Assembly: GCF_021869535.1 (NCBI RefSeq)
Contig: NW_026262679.1
Span: 28,272,001-28,336,000, forward strand
DNA length: 64,000 bases
Reading direction: 5' to 3'
DNA from: Mytilus californianus
Taxonomy: Eukaryota
Shown: positions 1-12,450 of the stretch, in pieces
How the letters are laid out: each line of letters begins with the position of its first letter
Numbering within the stretch: the first letter of the stretch is position 1
The notes under the pieces: generated by a model
Databases searched by the model: none
The model's input: only the letters and a program-made list of their open reading frames with translations
What the model was told of the DNA's origin: nothing
Position numbers and translations under genes: made by a program

Positions 1-370
1 AGTTACGACATTAAGAACATATCCGATATCATCTGTGAAACGGTTATTCCATTACGGTCAACCAACTCGTGATGGCGTCTGTAAAATTTACGAAGGGATG
101 ATTTCAACTTCACCCTTTGGAACTCTTGGCTTAATAGCTTCCTTGTGAGCAGCAATCCTCTATCAAGGAAATCATGATAGGAAACACAAACCCGGTAATA
201 TCGTATCAATTGGAAGATATGTACTCCGCATGCAGGCGCTGCTGGAATGTTGCTACATAGAAATGGAAAGTTCACAATTGGGAAGGTGAAATCATCTCTT
301 TTGTCGTAAAGTTTTGTTTTCAACCGACCCTCATTGTCAGTTTCTAGATGTAAGTCAAGACATGAGGCAG
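1..370 (-). mobile_element. Penelope-like (Naiad-type) retroelement, RT C-terminal fragment
   Basis: ORF 3..323 reads KLYDKRDDFTFPIVNFPFLCSNIPAAPACGVHIFQLIRY...RHHELVDRNGITVSQMISDMF. The same motif recurs at 14763, ~26090, ~29600 and 44232+. The protein ends after the RT thumb with no C-terminal GIY-YIG, so the Naiad assignment is inference. Confidence 0.8.
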
Positions 371-371
371 A

Positions 372-845
372 CTAACCTGCCACGTCCTGTCTGTGTTTAT
401 GTTTGATGTTTTTCTGCTTTGTGTCGATTTGGTGAGTTAAGCCTTTTTCAACTGATTTTTATAGCTTGTTCTTATGTTGTGCTGTTACACCATTGTCCCA
501 GGTTAGGGGAGGTATGAGCGCTCACAAACATGTTTAACCCCGCAACATTCTTTATGTGCCTGTCCCAAGTCAGGAGCCTGTAGTTCAGTGGTTGTTGTTG
601 GTTCATGTCTGTCATATTTGTTTTTCGTTAATTGTTTTGTTATAAACTAGGCCGTTAGTTTTCTCAATTAGATTGCTTCATATTTTTCATGTCGTAGCCT
701 TTTATAGCCGACTATATGGTATGGCTTTTTCTCATTGTTGAAGGCCGTACGATTGCCTATAATTGCTTACATCCACACTTTATTTAACTTTGGTGGATAG
801 TTGTCTCATTGGCAATCATACCTCATCTCCTTATTTTTATATTTA
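372..845 (+). repeat. Abundant ~450-bp interspersed repeat (unclassified)
   Basis: Contains cctgtcccaagtcaggagcctg and gttgaaggccgtacg...gttgtctcattggcaatcatac. Related copies or fragments at ~7500-7760, 15390-15510, 32550-32990, 42850-43235, and inverted at ~20730-21140, 26575-26750, 34120-34290, 38880-39010. Confidence 0.75.
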
Positions 846-1649
846 TCAACAAACGAACAACTGCCATATTCCTGATCTAATAAAAAATTCCATGCATCCA
901 AAATAGGAGCCGAACTAAATACTGTTTAACTAAAAAGTATTATTAACCCAGAATATTCGGTAATCATACATGGTACATTTACAAATCTCTGGTAGCTAAG
1001 TGTATTCGTAAGTCAGTACTTCAGACGTCAATATAGTAGATTAATGACTTAATTCATTTTTTTTTCTTTCTTACAAGCACAATAACGGAACGAATTTAGA
1101 TTTTGAAATTAGAATATTCGACCACTTTTGTCTTTTAACCCATGAATGTGACGTATTATATCGAGTTCAATTCGCACAACATAATCTTCATCACATACGC
1201 TCGAGACCTAAAGTTTGAAAGCTGAATACAAAAAAAAAATCATTTATGAACATAAAAATTAAAAAAAAGAACATAGATAGGACAGCACTTTGTCTGAGGG
1301 AGTCGCAATCTGAGAACCAACGCACCATTTATAACCAGGATTCTTTTACCTTAATTTTGTATCCTTTCAATCACACCAGTCGTAAAGCACTGGTTACTGG
1401 GCGGAATCTATCCTAAATAAAAGTAAGTTTTTATTTTCTGATTTTTTGTTTTGTTTATCTATTTCGGGTAACCACAAATCTTAACATTATTCAACACCTA
1501 CATATACTGTTCATTCTTTCGAAAGACAAATATAATGCTCAACCTAACAAAATTTGTCAATTTACACTAAATTTACGTATCAACATATCAACCCTAATTC
1601 AACAAACGACAGATATTTTTGCTAACTGTGATGTAAATAATGTACTATA

Positions 1650-1890
1650 ACTTTATTTTGATAATACTCACTGGAAACGCTAACAGAACTCACTCTTATA
1701 ACTTATTTTTAATAATACTTACTGGAAACGCTATTGTAAATCACTCTTAAAACTTATTCTAATAATACTCACTGGAAACCCTTACATAATTCACTACTAT
1801 TACTTAATTTTTATAATACTCACTGGAAACGCTAACAGAATTCACCTTTATAACTTATTTTAATAGTACTCACTGGAAATGCTAATAGAA
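1650..1890. repeat. ~50-bp minisatellite, about 5 copies
   Basis: Unit ataatactcactggaaacgct... starts at ~1661, 1712, 1762, 1813, 1863. Single copy at the paralogous site ~28000. Confidence 0.9.
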
Positions 1891-3019
1891 TTTACTAGTA
1901 CGATTATCAAACAAAATAACATCACAAAGTACCACATGGATGACTTATTGACCATCTTGGAGGATGCAAAACTCAAACGAAGAGTTATACATCGTAGTAT
2001 ATGATAACTTAACTGCGCATTATAATACGGACCGGAAACGTATAATTGCTGTTAGGGGAAATACTTGTGAGAAAGATAATGCAGATCTAGATTCATCGTT
2101 AATGTATCATTGAAATTTAAAAGGTGTTGTGTATCTAGTGTTCGGTTTGAGAACGTGTTTACAAAATTGCATTTTATTTGAAAATTCTATTTAAAGAAGC
2201 TTTTATGTATATTACATATATTATTATTTGTTTTCGGGTTATATTCTTAATTTGGTAATCGGCATGTCTTAATAAATTTGAGCCAGAGGGCTTGTCAAAA
2301 TAACACATTCTGATATCTAGCGAAATCCTTGAGGGCTTTATTGAGGACACATTACAGTGTTTTTTAAAATAATGGGAATCGTAGAAATCTTTGTGAAGAA
2401 CCACACTAATTTGAACACTTAATTCACCGAAGACAATTCATAATTCAAAAAACAGTCCACATTCTAAAGGGTACAATTTTTCACCTTACGAACCGATTTG
2501 TCTTTGCATTGATATGAAGCAGAACTTATGCAAATCTCAAAGACAATCAGAAAAAAAAAGTTTTGCAAAATTTCATGTTCAAAAATATTGATCATGTCCA
2601 GTCACTCACTTTGTTGACCGAACCGACGTGTCAGGGTCTCACTAAAACATGCTTGCTTGGTCCTAGATATTAAAATATCAGAATGGTCGTCTGATCTTGA
2701 GGTTTATATTCGAATGACGGGTGCTGCATACAAAGCCGGAGACGCCTACCACGTTTTGAGTTCATGCGATTACCTCAGTTTTCAATCTTGAATTGTTTAT
2801 TAAAAATGGATTTCCGAGTTTTAAACATCAGAATACTTCTGTTGCGTCTTGCTAAATTATTTTGAAGTTTTGGTTGCGTAATATATCTTTATTATGGAGT
2901 AAAGTGCTTTTCTTAACTGTTTAAGTTGTACGTTCTTCTGTGTTTCCATTTATTAATTAAGGAAACGACTGCTTATAAGACAACTATCCACCAGAGTCAA
3001 TTTACAATTTCTCAATATT

Positions 3020-3370
3020 AATATACCCTTTGCCTCGTCGTATGATGTTTACATATGTCAGTTTCACCATGATATGTTAACATTATACTGACTTCATTAG
3101 CAGGAGACTGTTCATAACGGAAACAATGCCAAAGCATGGCTATACGGAAGATCTCCTTAAATGAAACTAAAAACGTCTTACGTTCATTCTCAAGAATTGG
3201 TTTACCGATACGATGTGTCTGTATCTCAACTCACGAGAGACATTCTTTTGAGGTCTTATATCTTTAGATACCAGAATATCTGTACTAATTGTGTCCCATT
3301 CCTTATCATGACATTTTGACTGAGTCTAGATTCACATTGGGGGAAATACATGCACAGCAGGATACGCTTA
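3020..3370 (+). mobile_element. Degenerate Penelope-like 3' fragment
   Basis: Paralogous to 28570-28930, which translates roughly PSVPSYDVYICQLISFTWVCLHYTDFINR, matching the PAYGVYISQLIR thumb motif. Confidence 0.55.
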
Positions 3371-3585
3371 TTCATTTATGCAAATGGAGACAATGGTTAT
3401 TTGTTTAAGAAGCAGTCTCCTCTTGTTAGAATCTATTTATACAAGAAAAGGGGTTTTGGTATTTCTGTTTTCTTCCGTGACACTTTTTAAATATATCAGA
3501 TATTTACCGCATTGCTAATTCTTCATCCTATTGAATAATTTTCTTAATCAATATATTAAGCATTATTTTTTTAATGTTTATATAT

Positions 3586-4752
3586 GCAGGACTCGGAGGT
3601 GCGATGGGGACGCTGAAGTGCGATGGTCCAAGTTGATCTTTCAGCCGCTTTGGTCCCCATGATTTGCTGCCTGACATAGTTTAACATATGTTAGCATGAA
3701 ACCTTCATCTACAAAATCGTATCCTCATGCCTGCGAATCCATGTTGTATTTAAAGTGACGTTGTATTTGAAAACGTCACAATATTCAAGTGTCATGCTAA
3801 ACCATCGCACTTCAGCGAAAGAACCATCGTACTTCGATGTGGACCATCGCACTTCAGCGTCCCCATAACCAGTGATCGAAAGTATGCCGCAAACTTTTTG
3901 CACGATAAATAAAGTCAATACACTTTATTTATCGTGACGTAATTTTATGTGGACAATTTAATAATAAAATGAATTACTAGAATTAGCAATGTTTTTGCTA
4001 TATCAAGTTGATATAATGTTGTTTTATTCCCTAGATAAATCCTGCTTTGTAAGAACACCGTCACTCTAGCCTTATTTTATTGTGGTTACAGTGTTAATTT
4101 TCTACAACAAGTTAGGCCAAAATTAACCTGACTGGTCCCTACGTGTACTTCCCAATTTATCCTCCTCAGCGGGGAAGCAGCTAATTTTAAAGTTTTTGTG
4201 GAATACGTGACAAGTCTCGCTATAAGTCAAGCATAAATGTACTTGGCAATTTTTTACTTCTTGGACACTGTTCCGACATCAGATAAATGGATGAATGATT
4301 GTTGCGAGCTTTTTTAAAGTTTTTTAAGTTAAGTTCATGACTTGAACAAGTTATGAGATGGACCCTGCTTAGTACTATTATATAGACCTACACGCTGAAT
4401 TTTTTGCCCTTGAACACTCTATTTTCTGATTCTATTGTGCTAATAGGAGAATTGGCAAATTTAAAATAAGATTAAAACAAATTTGAATTTCAAAGTCTTT
4501 GGTTTGACCTGAACAGAAAATGATGTTATTTCATTTAAACAGCTCATGTACATTTTGCTTTTTACTCAATGTCACAGGCAGACCATCGAACTTCAGCGAA
4601 ACAACCATCGCACTTCAGCGTAGTTATCAACAAGTTAGCGTCACAATGTCACCATCGCACTTCAGCGTGTATACCAACGCCCTTCAGCATTGACCATCGC
4701 ACTTCAGCGTGACCATCGCGGTTCGGAGTACCATCACGGTTCTGAGTCCTCC
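3586..4752. mobile_element. Non-autonomous TIR DNA transposon with subterminal motif arrays
   Basis: Ends GCAGGACTCGGA.. / ..TCTGAGTCCTCC flanked by ATAT on both sides. Many copies of ACCATCGCACTTCAGCG. Absent from the paralogous site at ~30505-30525 (empty site). Confidence 0.8.
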
Positions 4753-5731
4753 ATATATAAGAAACATTTTGTCTTAATATCAATGATATTTGAAACATGT
4801 TGAGCCTTAAGGTTTTTTAACCTCGTGAACCATGACCTATGGCACACACTTGGAAAGTATTGTAATTACATTTTGACCTCTAAAATATTAAATGACTAGG
4901 ACCAAAAATATAGCCAAAACGGGTAAGGTACTAAGAGGCGAGGAAAACCAATTGATGAAAATATGTCTTACATAAAAACAAAATCAAATCTAGGATGTAC
5001 CCAATTAGCAAAACTATTCCAGCTTCTTCCCCAGATAAAATCATAACCAAAAAATGATAAGCTGTAATTCAAACCGTGCATGCTTTGTGATTTACTTCTT
5101 GTATCTCACATTCGAAATAAAAAAAGTTATCATAAGTAAAAATTATATCCTATGACGCTGAATTTTCTTGTGACAGCTTGATTTTTTTTTTATATTTAGG
5201 TAAAGGATCAGAAATGATCAATCTCACAGATAATGATGTAATTTTACAAGCAACTACACAATGTTGAATTGGATATCAATGTCGAAAAAACATACAGAAA
5301 CTATTATACTATTTAAGATAACGCAAATTAAATATCAAACTGATAGAAGTACAATTAGAATGCACTTAAATGTCGCATTAAGGGTTTCAAGAAATTTACT
5401 TTCAATCACCATTTTTCGAGTTTCTATCCTACGAATGTTCTCTTAACATTATATGTTACTGTCTATTTTTTCTGTTGCTGTATAAATCATCAAGTCTGTG
5501 TTTTGTATCTAAAAACAAATAATATATCGATACATGCAGTCGTCATTAGCTATTATAATATCAAGTATTCTCGCCAGTAACAGTCGAAAGTAAGATTTAA
5601 GAATATTGCTATCAGATAGAAAATTTAGACCCTGAATACTTCTGAATTCATTTTAAATGTTTACTTTTTCTTCAGACATAATTTATTAAAACATGTGTTT
5701 AGTTCAGCTCATTTGAATTTAATCACCAGTT

Positions 5732-5982
5732 TCATTCCATTCTACGTAGCATCATAGATGTTGCTTTAAGAGAGTAATGGTAGCCTTTCCAATGGTCCAA
5801 GTTTATACCGTCAGCATCAGAAAAGTGTTCACCTCCTAGGTATTGTTAATTTAAGTTGGAATCGGGACAAGTTCCGTACCACCACGCCCCTTTATAACTT
5901 ACACCACAGTTTCCTGTACAAGAGTCATTATCTTAATCTTTTGTAGTGAAGCAATGTCCGTTATGATGCTTTAAGGAGTCAC
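5732..5982 (-). pseudogene. FReD copy A: orphan terminal exon with two premature stops
   Basis: AG acceptor at 5984-5983, then [49 protein letters not shown]...LRRME*. TAA at 5933-5935 and 5846-5848. No upstream FReD exons found before 10796. Confidence 0.92.
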
Positions 5983-6189
5983 CTTTAAAAACAAAAGCAA
6001 GAAGTTTGTATGCACACAATTTTTTTAAGTACTACCACCTTTTTTTCTGTCTCATTTAGATAGGATAAGGAAAATATTGATCTTCATCCAAATAATGTTT
6101 CTATTTTTTATGGTACAATGCTAAGCAAACCAGTTTTCGATATTTGAATATTCTTTCGCAGCATTGATTTCTTTTTCATGTTCGCTAAG

Positions 6190-6530
6190 TCAATAACGGT
6201 ACCAATTTTACTGCACCTGATGCACATTTTGACAATTAATGTCTATTCAGTGATGCTCGAAGAAAAAAATATTGGAAATCAAAAATCTAATACAAACATT
6301 GACGAGCTGATAAAACCAAATAGGACGTAAAGTATAGCCAAATCTAGATGAGGATTCAGAATTGTGCATGAAGGAGATATGTTCCTTAATTAAAAATAAT
6401 TTCCAAAATTTTATAACAGCAATTTCAATCATAAAGTATTCGTATTTTCGTGCTGCTAGGCTGGTGATACCCTCAGACTAACAGTACACCAGCAGAGGTA
6501 TCGACCCAGTGATAGTAATAACATTACCTG
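6190..6530 (-). mobile_element. Retrozyme-like monomer (subfamily beta) with decayed hammerhead at 6213..6256
   Basis: Minus strand GCAUCA CUGAAUA GACA-UUAAU-UGUC AAAA U-GUGC-A UC AGGUGC, with G8 and G12 mutated. Body matches 32146-32420. Confidence 0.75.
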
Positions 6531-8899
6531 ATACGTAATATGACACTACTGAATATACGTGATTGTTACCGAGATAAAAAGAAGAAAAAAAGAAATCTAA
6601 GGGGAGAGAGGGGACAGTTAAAAACAGAGTAGACAAACAGTAGTTCAGAAAGCATCACAGAGAAAACTAAAATTAAGCAGCATGAACGTAGCTAAAATAC
6701 TAAGGTTGTAACTATATAACATCATGAAAAGTTTTCCTCCAGATCTTTGTCACTTAAATCTTTCAAATATGGTATACTATACTACACAAGAACATGGGTG
6801 ATGTTTGTTAACTGTGTAATGCATCATTTATTTTTTATAGATTAAATAAAAATAGATTAAATCGTCCTTCTAAAATTTAGCGGATCGTGGGACTTTTTGT
6901 CATATATAAATTCGAGATTGGCACAAAGGCCATAAACAAATGCATTCAAAGGAAAACAAGTCATGCAATTTATTGTAAGAATTACTGGTGGGAAAAGTTC
7001 AAACAAATAAAAAGATTAACAATTTACGTACCATTTTTCTTTATTGTCTTCTTTCGTTCAAAACTCAGTAAAAACAGTTGCAAATTACTTTTGTTACATA
7101 CAAAACAGAATTTATTTTCCACAGCTCACGCTTATTCTAATTACTGAAGAGTTGCAGTTAATTCTTATTTCATTTTTTTAAATAAATATAAAACAGAACC
7201 AGCTTCTGGTAAATGAAATTGCTTACTACGTTTTCTTTAAATAAAAAAAAAAACTGATGATTTTCCACAACACAAGACTAGTACTCTGTTTGCTTAATTT
7301 TCCAGGTTTACACGTAGCCATCAATGATTTCTTCATAATCTGTTATCAAATACTAGTAATTCAAAAGTGTCAAAACCATTACTTGTGTGTTACAATACAA
7401 ATTGGAATTCAGTAGGATCCAGAATCGTCCTAGTACAAATTGGAATTCCAATATCTATTACATAAAACCTTTACTAAACCCTGACATACATACAAACTGC
7501 CATATTCTTTAGATGCTTGTCCAAAGTCAGTGGTTGCCGTTGGTTCATGTCTGTCTTATTTGTTTTTCGTAAATTGAATTGTTATAAATTAGACCATAAG
7601 TTTTTTTTGTTTGAATTGTTTCACAACTGACTATACAATAAGGGTTTTTCTAATTGTTGAAGGCCGTACGGTGACCTATAATTGCTTACTTCTGTATCGT
7701 TTGAACTCTGGTGGATAGTTGTCTCTTTGGCAATCATATAACATCTCTTTATTTTTTATAAAAATTTGGTTTGGAAGTTTGACTGTACTGTACAAACCTG
7801 ATTACAAACGGGATATCACATCCAAACTTTTAAGATGATGTTATTTATAGAACCCGTAGATTAAGATACGATGCATATACAATTATTGATCCTTTCTAAT
7901 TTCGAAAAATAAAATTGTAAAATGTTTAGGAAAGGTTATCAATTTAGCACTGTTATTAGATGTTTGTCTTGTCTATTGTCTTCTTCGGTACTTAAGAGAG
8001 ACGAAAGATACCAGAGGGACATTCAAACTCATAAATCGAAAATTAAATTGATTTTTTAAAAACTTTAAACTAAGAATGTTTGGCTATACAGTTATGAACA
8101 CTTTTTTTTTCATTGCACAAGCCCATGTTTTTATCCGACTGTTTGTAACTTATTCCCTATTATCCCATCGGAAGTGAACTGATTGATATTATAGTGTGGG
8201 AAAATATGGTTTATTTACTAGTTAGAATTTATTAGTAATCAGTAACTGTCTTTTTGCTCAGGTTTATTCGTGTGCTGAGAGCCGATCCGACGACTCCAGC
8301 CTTTTCCAACTGATTTTTGTCCGCCTTCCATTGTAGTTGACCTCATTTCATGGTTGAGTGACTGCTTGAAAAAACATTAGTTTGTTTGTCATGTGAAATA
8401 CTCAATTATTGTGAGTAAAAGGATAACTATATTTGGTATATGGCTTCCTTATGGTATAAAACCACTAATTCATAGCCCCATTGCTTTCTATGTTAAATTC
8501 TGCAATTTCAAGCATTAATGGCTACTTTGTCTTAAGTTCAAATAAAGTGGCAGTTATTTCATGTCTAAACTGTACCTTATCCTGACTTGTGCTGAATAAA
8601 TCAACATACCTTTAATTGCATATTAGAGCGTACTGGTTCCCGGAAGTTTGATAGTACAAAAACAGGAACTTCTGATTTGAACAACAGGCCAAATGAGCCC
8701 TCCTATTAATATTTCATATACTTCTTTATTATTCAAATTAAACTTTCAACAAGGGTTCCACAGTGATCCCAAGTCCCCAAGCTTTCATTTGATACTAAAA
8801 CAACCTAAATATTCCCACTATTGACAAAGATACAGCTATGCGTAGGAACTATTTTGTTTAAAATATGTACTACTTTCTTGTATGTTCTTTCCGACCGGG

Positions 8900-9830
8900 C
8901 CTGAATTAGTGGTTCTATACCTTATAAAGGTTTACAGGTCTGTCATATAGGGTTCACCTGATCTCGATCTCATTTTATGGATCAGTAATCAAGGTTAAGT
9001 TTACGTGGTCAAACCGTAACTCAGATACTATAAGCAATATGTCAACTATAGTTGGTGTATGAAATGATGGTTAGGATATATGTCCAAATTCGACTGACAG
9101 GTTTCATCTGACCTTGAACTTATTTTCATGGTTCAGAGGACAATGTTTAGTTTTTTTGGTTTTGTCCTTTTTAGATACTATAAGCAATATGGCCAGTATA
9201 TTTTGGATATGGTATGATCTTAATGTGTACATGTCTGTCTGGGAGGTTTCATATGACCTTGACCTCATTTTCATGCTTCACTGGTCAACGCTAATTTTTT
9301 CATGGTTTTGTCAGTTTATCAGATACTTTAAGCAATAAGTCAATCATATTTGGTGTATGGAATGATTATAAGGTGTACATGTCTCTCTGATAGGGTTTAT
9401 ATGACCGTGACCTCATTTTCAAGACTCATTGGTCAATATTAAATTTTCATGGTTTTGTCAGTTTATCAGATACTATAAGCAATATGTCAACTATATTTTG
9501 TGTATGGAATGATTGAAAGGTGTATATGTCTGTCTGGCAGGTTTCATATGACCTTGACCTAATTTTCATGGTTCATTGGTCAATGTTAAGTTTTTATGGT
9601 TTGGTCTGTTTACCAGGTTATATAGGCAATAGGACAACTGTAATTTTAAACTGGCGTATGAAACGATTGTAAGGTGTACATGTCTGTCTGGCATGGTTCA
9701 TCTGATCTTGACATCATTTTCATGGATCATTAATAATGTTAAGTTTATGTGATACCTGTATTAAAATTTTCATATTACAGACTTTCAACATAAATTCAAT
9801 CATAAGTATAAAGCAGGCGAGACAGTTTGA
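8900..9830 (+). mobile_element. Helentron-type non-autonomous element with ~147-bp internal tandem repeats (5' end not seen)
   Basis: About 6 units containing gaccttgacct...agatactataagcaat. Ends in aggcgagaca, the subterminal motif shared with 23433-24315. Confidence 0.7.
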
Positions 9831-10795
9831 TCTGATGTTTTGCTGTTACAACACTGTCTCAAGTTCAGATTGAGTTGAGCTCTGAAAAACATATTTAATC
9901 CCTCAACATCCTTTATATGCCTGTCCCAAGTCAATGGGTTAAGTCTTTATTTTACTTCACCGTCTTTGAAGTCGTGTTGACTTGTGTGTTCCAAATATAA
10001 TTGAAAAACTCGGGTTTACTGTGCATATCTTATGTCAAATCTTCCGAATTTAAAAACAACTTACTTGTATTTCATTTATTTTTAAAATAGGATAAAAACT
10101 GATGATATTTTAACTGGCTTAAAATAACAATTTCAATTTTATTCGTTTTCTAAAAGTTAAAAAAACACCAACCAAACGGTCGAGACTTATCTACATTTTG
10201 TACATGTTGAAAAAGCTTAAATTCATTTTCCATTACTTACATATAGTGTTAACATTTTAATATTTTATTTCTTGAAGACTAAACAAACTAGAAAATAATG
10301 GGTAGCAGTTCCTGTTTCCAAAGATTTAAGTTTTTATTACAGCAACAAAAAAGTACATGGTTAATGCGGCAAAGTTTTTATGGAATTCAATCATGTATGA
10401 CTCTTTAGTAAAATACAATGAATATATTTTCTATCCTTAGTAAAATATAGATTTAATTTCTATTTAACAATAAAATGTTTTTTTTAACTAAATGGATATG
10501 CTTTCAAATAAAAATAATTCCAACCCTAATCATCCTACAAGGTGCCACATAATTCTTAATGCTGTATATGGTTTAAAAAATTGTGATAGAAAATGTCCGA
10601 ATATAATAGCAAGCTCTTGATCAACAAATGTCATAACAGGAACGACAAAGATATTAAATGAATAGTCTACAGTAAGATTTAAAACAAATAAAGTTCTTTT
10701 TTAGGGGATTTATTAATAGGTGTGTGAATAATGTGCTAACATATACCAAATAAATAGTTTTAACTTTCTATTATTTCATTTCCAAAATAATGAAT

Positions 10796-11049
10796 TTATT
10801 GCAATTGTCGTATCATCATTGTCGTCTCCTTCAGTGAGTAGTGGTAGCCTTTCCATGTTTTCCAATTCACACCGTCAGCATAGGATGTATGTTTCCCAGC
10901 ATGGTAAATTCCGTTCAAGTTAGAATAATGACATCTCTCGTACCACCACCCGCCTTTATAACTTAAAGCACAACTTTGTCCTTCTTCAGAGTCGTTATCC
11001 TGGTCTTTTGTACCAAATTTCATACCACTATGACTGCTAAGGGAGTCTC
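10796..11049 (-). CDS. FReD B terminal exon (open frame)
   Basis: tttatAG|GA GAC TCC; [47 protein letters not shown]...TTMMIRQLQ*. Confidence 0.85.
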
Positions 11050-11772
11050 CTATAAACATAGTTTAATGTAAAGAAAATAATTTATTAATACATCTGTATC
11101 TATATCTTTAATTTGTGTTCACCTTGACTATTTGATAACAATTGTATCTGTTTCCATTCTAGTTGACGCCTAATGCAACAGTTGATGACATTTTGTTTGT
11201 AACAGTGAATGTATAAAAAGTACAAAGTACAGACATTTTTTTTAGATTATGTATACTGAAAAGATGAATGCCAATAACATCATTAAACATTGAATTAAAG
11301 CACCACGAAATAAAAATTTGGGCAATTGAAAAACAACAACATGTATCGATGATATATAGTATCTAAGAGTTTATCATATAGACAATTTGGCACTTTTAGA
11401 AGAAAGACCAAATATTGTCTTAGCCCTCATGTCTGTTGACTGGACAATAACCACAACCTTTTTTTCCCACAATTGCCTTTTTGTATCAGGCAATAGACTA
11501 CATGTATAAGCATGTCACATAGAGTGAAACTTTTTTTATATCTAGAGGATACAACTCATTGTTTTCAGTCTACATACCTCATTTAAATATTTCCGACATG
11601 TTTATTCATACAACTTGTAATTGGCAAAGTTATTCGAAATGTCATAAACGAAAATTCACGAATTATGCAATGTAAAAAAATAAAGCTGAATGAAATAAAA
11701 TCCAATATTTGACATATTTCATAATTATTATCATTTTGACATCTGATATGGTTGCAAAAATGTATTGCTCAC

Positions 11773-11929
11773 CGACATTTCCAGTAAATGTAGATGTAGA
11801 TAATGTCATCGTAAATTTAGAAGCTTCATCATCCACTATATCTAGCATATCCATTTTCATTTTCAAAAGTCTTCATTCTAATCAAGATTTCATAATTTGC
11901 TTGGGATGTCAAGATATGGAGTTTTTCAT
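11773..11929 (-). pseudogene. FReD B penultimate exon, frameshifted
   Basis: EKLHILTSQANYEILIRMKTFENENGYARY, then a frame switch to VDDEASKFTMTLSTSTFTGNV G|GTGAG. Confidence 0.85.
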
Positions 11930-12353
11930 AGTAATTTTGTTTCAAAATGATAGGAATGATGTACACCCAACATTTAAATCGTTGTTTATATATCCATAGA
12001 CACTATAGTTTAGGTAAGGTAATTGATAGTAATATAAATGCAATAAAATTTTGATATATATTGCCTTTGACAATTTCCAGTTTATAAATAATGCAAATGT
12101 ACTAAAACCTTAGATAAAACTCCACGAGGCGGAGTTTACCAAGGTCAATTTTTTTCTCTTCTTAGTAAAACCGTTAACATTTTTATGCTCTTAAATGTTT
12201 ACTGTTCTTTACCTTATAAACTTAGGTTTCGATGGTACCCAATAAGGGTTATTCCGGAAACAAGTGTTATGAGTAAATAAAATCGGTATGATTATAATTT
12301 TTCCAAATATTCAAAATATGTTCTGAGAAAGCATAAACAGGGTTTGTACCTAC

Positions 12354-12450
12354 CAAGCCAATGTTCACTCTGAAGAGATCCGAACCCTGCTTTATAATCT
12401 CGCCAGCCTCTGTGAAAGTATTCTTCGCCATTTAGTCTACGTTGGAATAC
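12354..12450 (-). CDS. FReD B 97-nt internal exon
   Basis: ttcAG|GTA TTC CAA CGT AGA ... TGG CTT G|GTAGGT; same length and phase as the C and D exons. Confidence 0.88.

Larger units (their letters stand above)
311..6838. repeat. Segmental duplicate of ~27258..33161 (3' end of FReD gene D and its downstream flank)
   Basis: Collinear matching blocks seen by eye, e.g. 946-1070 vs 27350-27450, 1920-2440 vs 28040-28560, 4960-5980 vs 30900-31880, 6670-6830 vs 32990-33160. The last exons differ at 19 of 251 nt. Confidence 0.92.
10796..12450 (-). pseudogene. FReD copy B: 5'-truncated, frameshifted fibrinogen-domain gene
   Basis: Three exons: 12450-12354 (VFQRRLNGEEYFHRGWRDYKAGFGSLQSEHWL, intact); ~11929-11773 (frameshift at ~11836, no AG acceptor at the expected site); 11049-10796 (intact). 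No DC..GVY..YC.M..GGWT exon or leader found between 12450 and 17600. Confidence 0.8.

Noticed and set aside
5846-5935. In-frame stops in FReD A as selenocysteine or read-through codons
   Set aside because: Both are TAA, not TGA, and replace CAA and GGA of the intact paralog; other conserved residues are also mutated.
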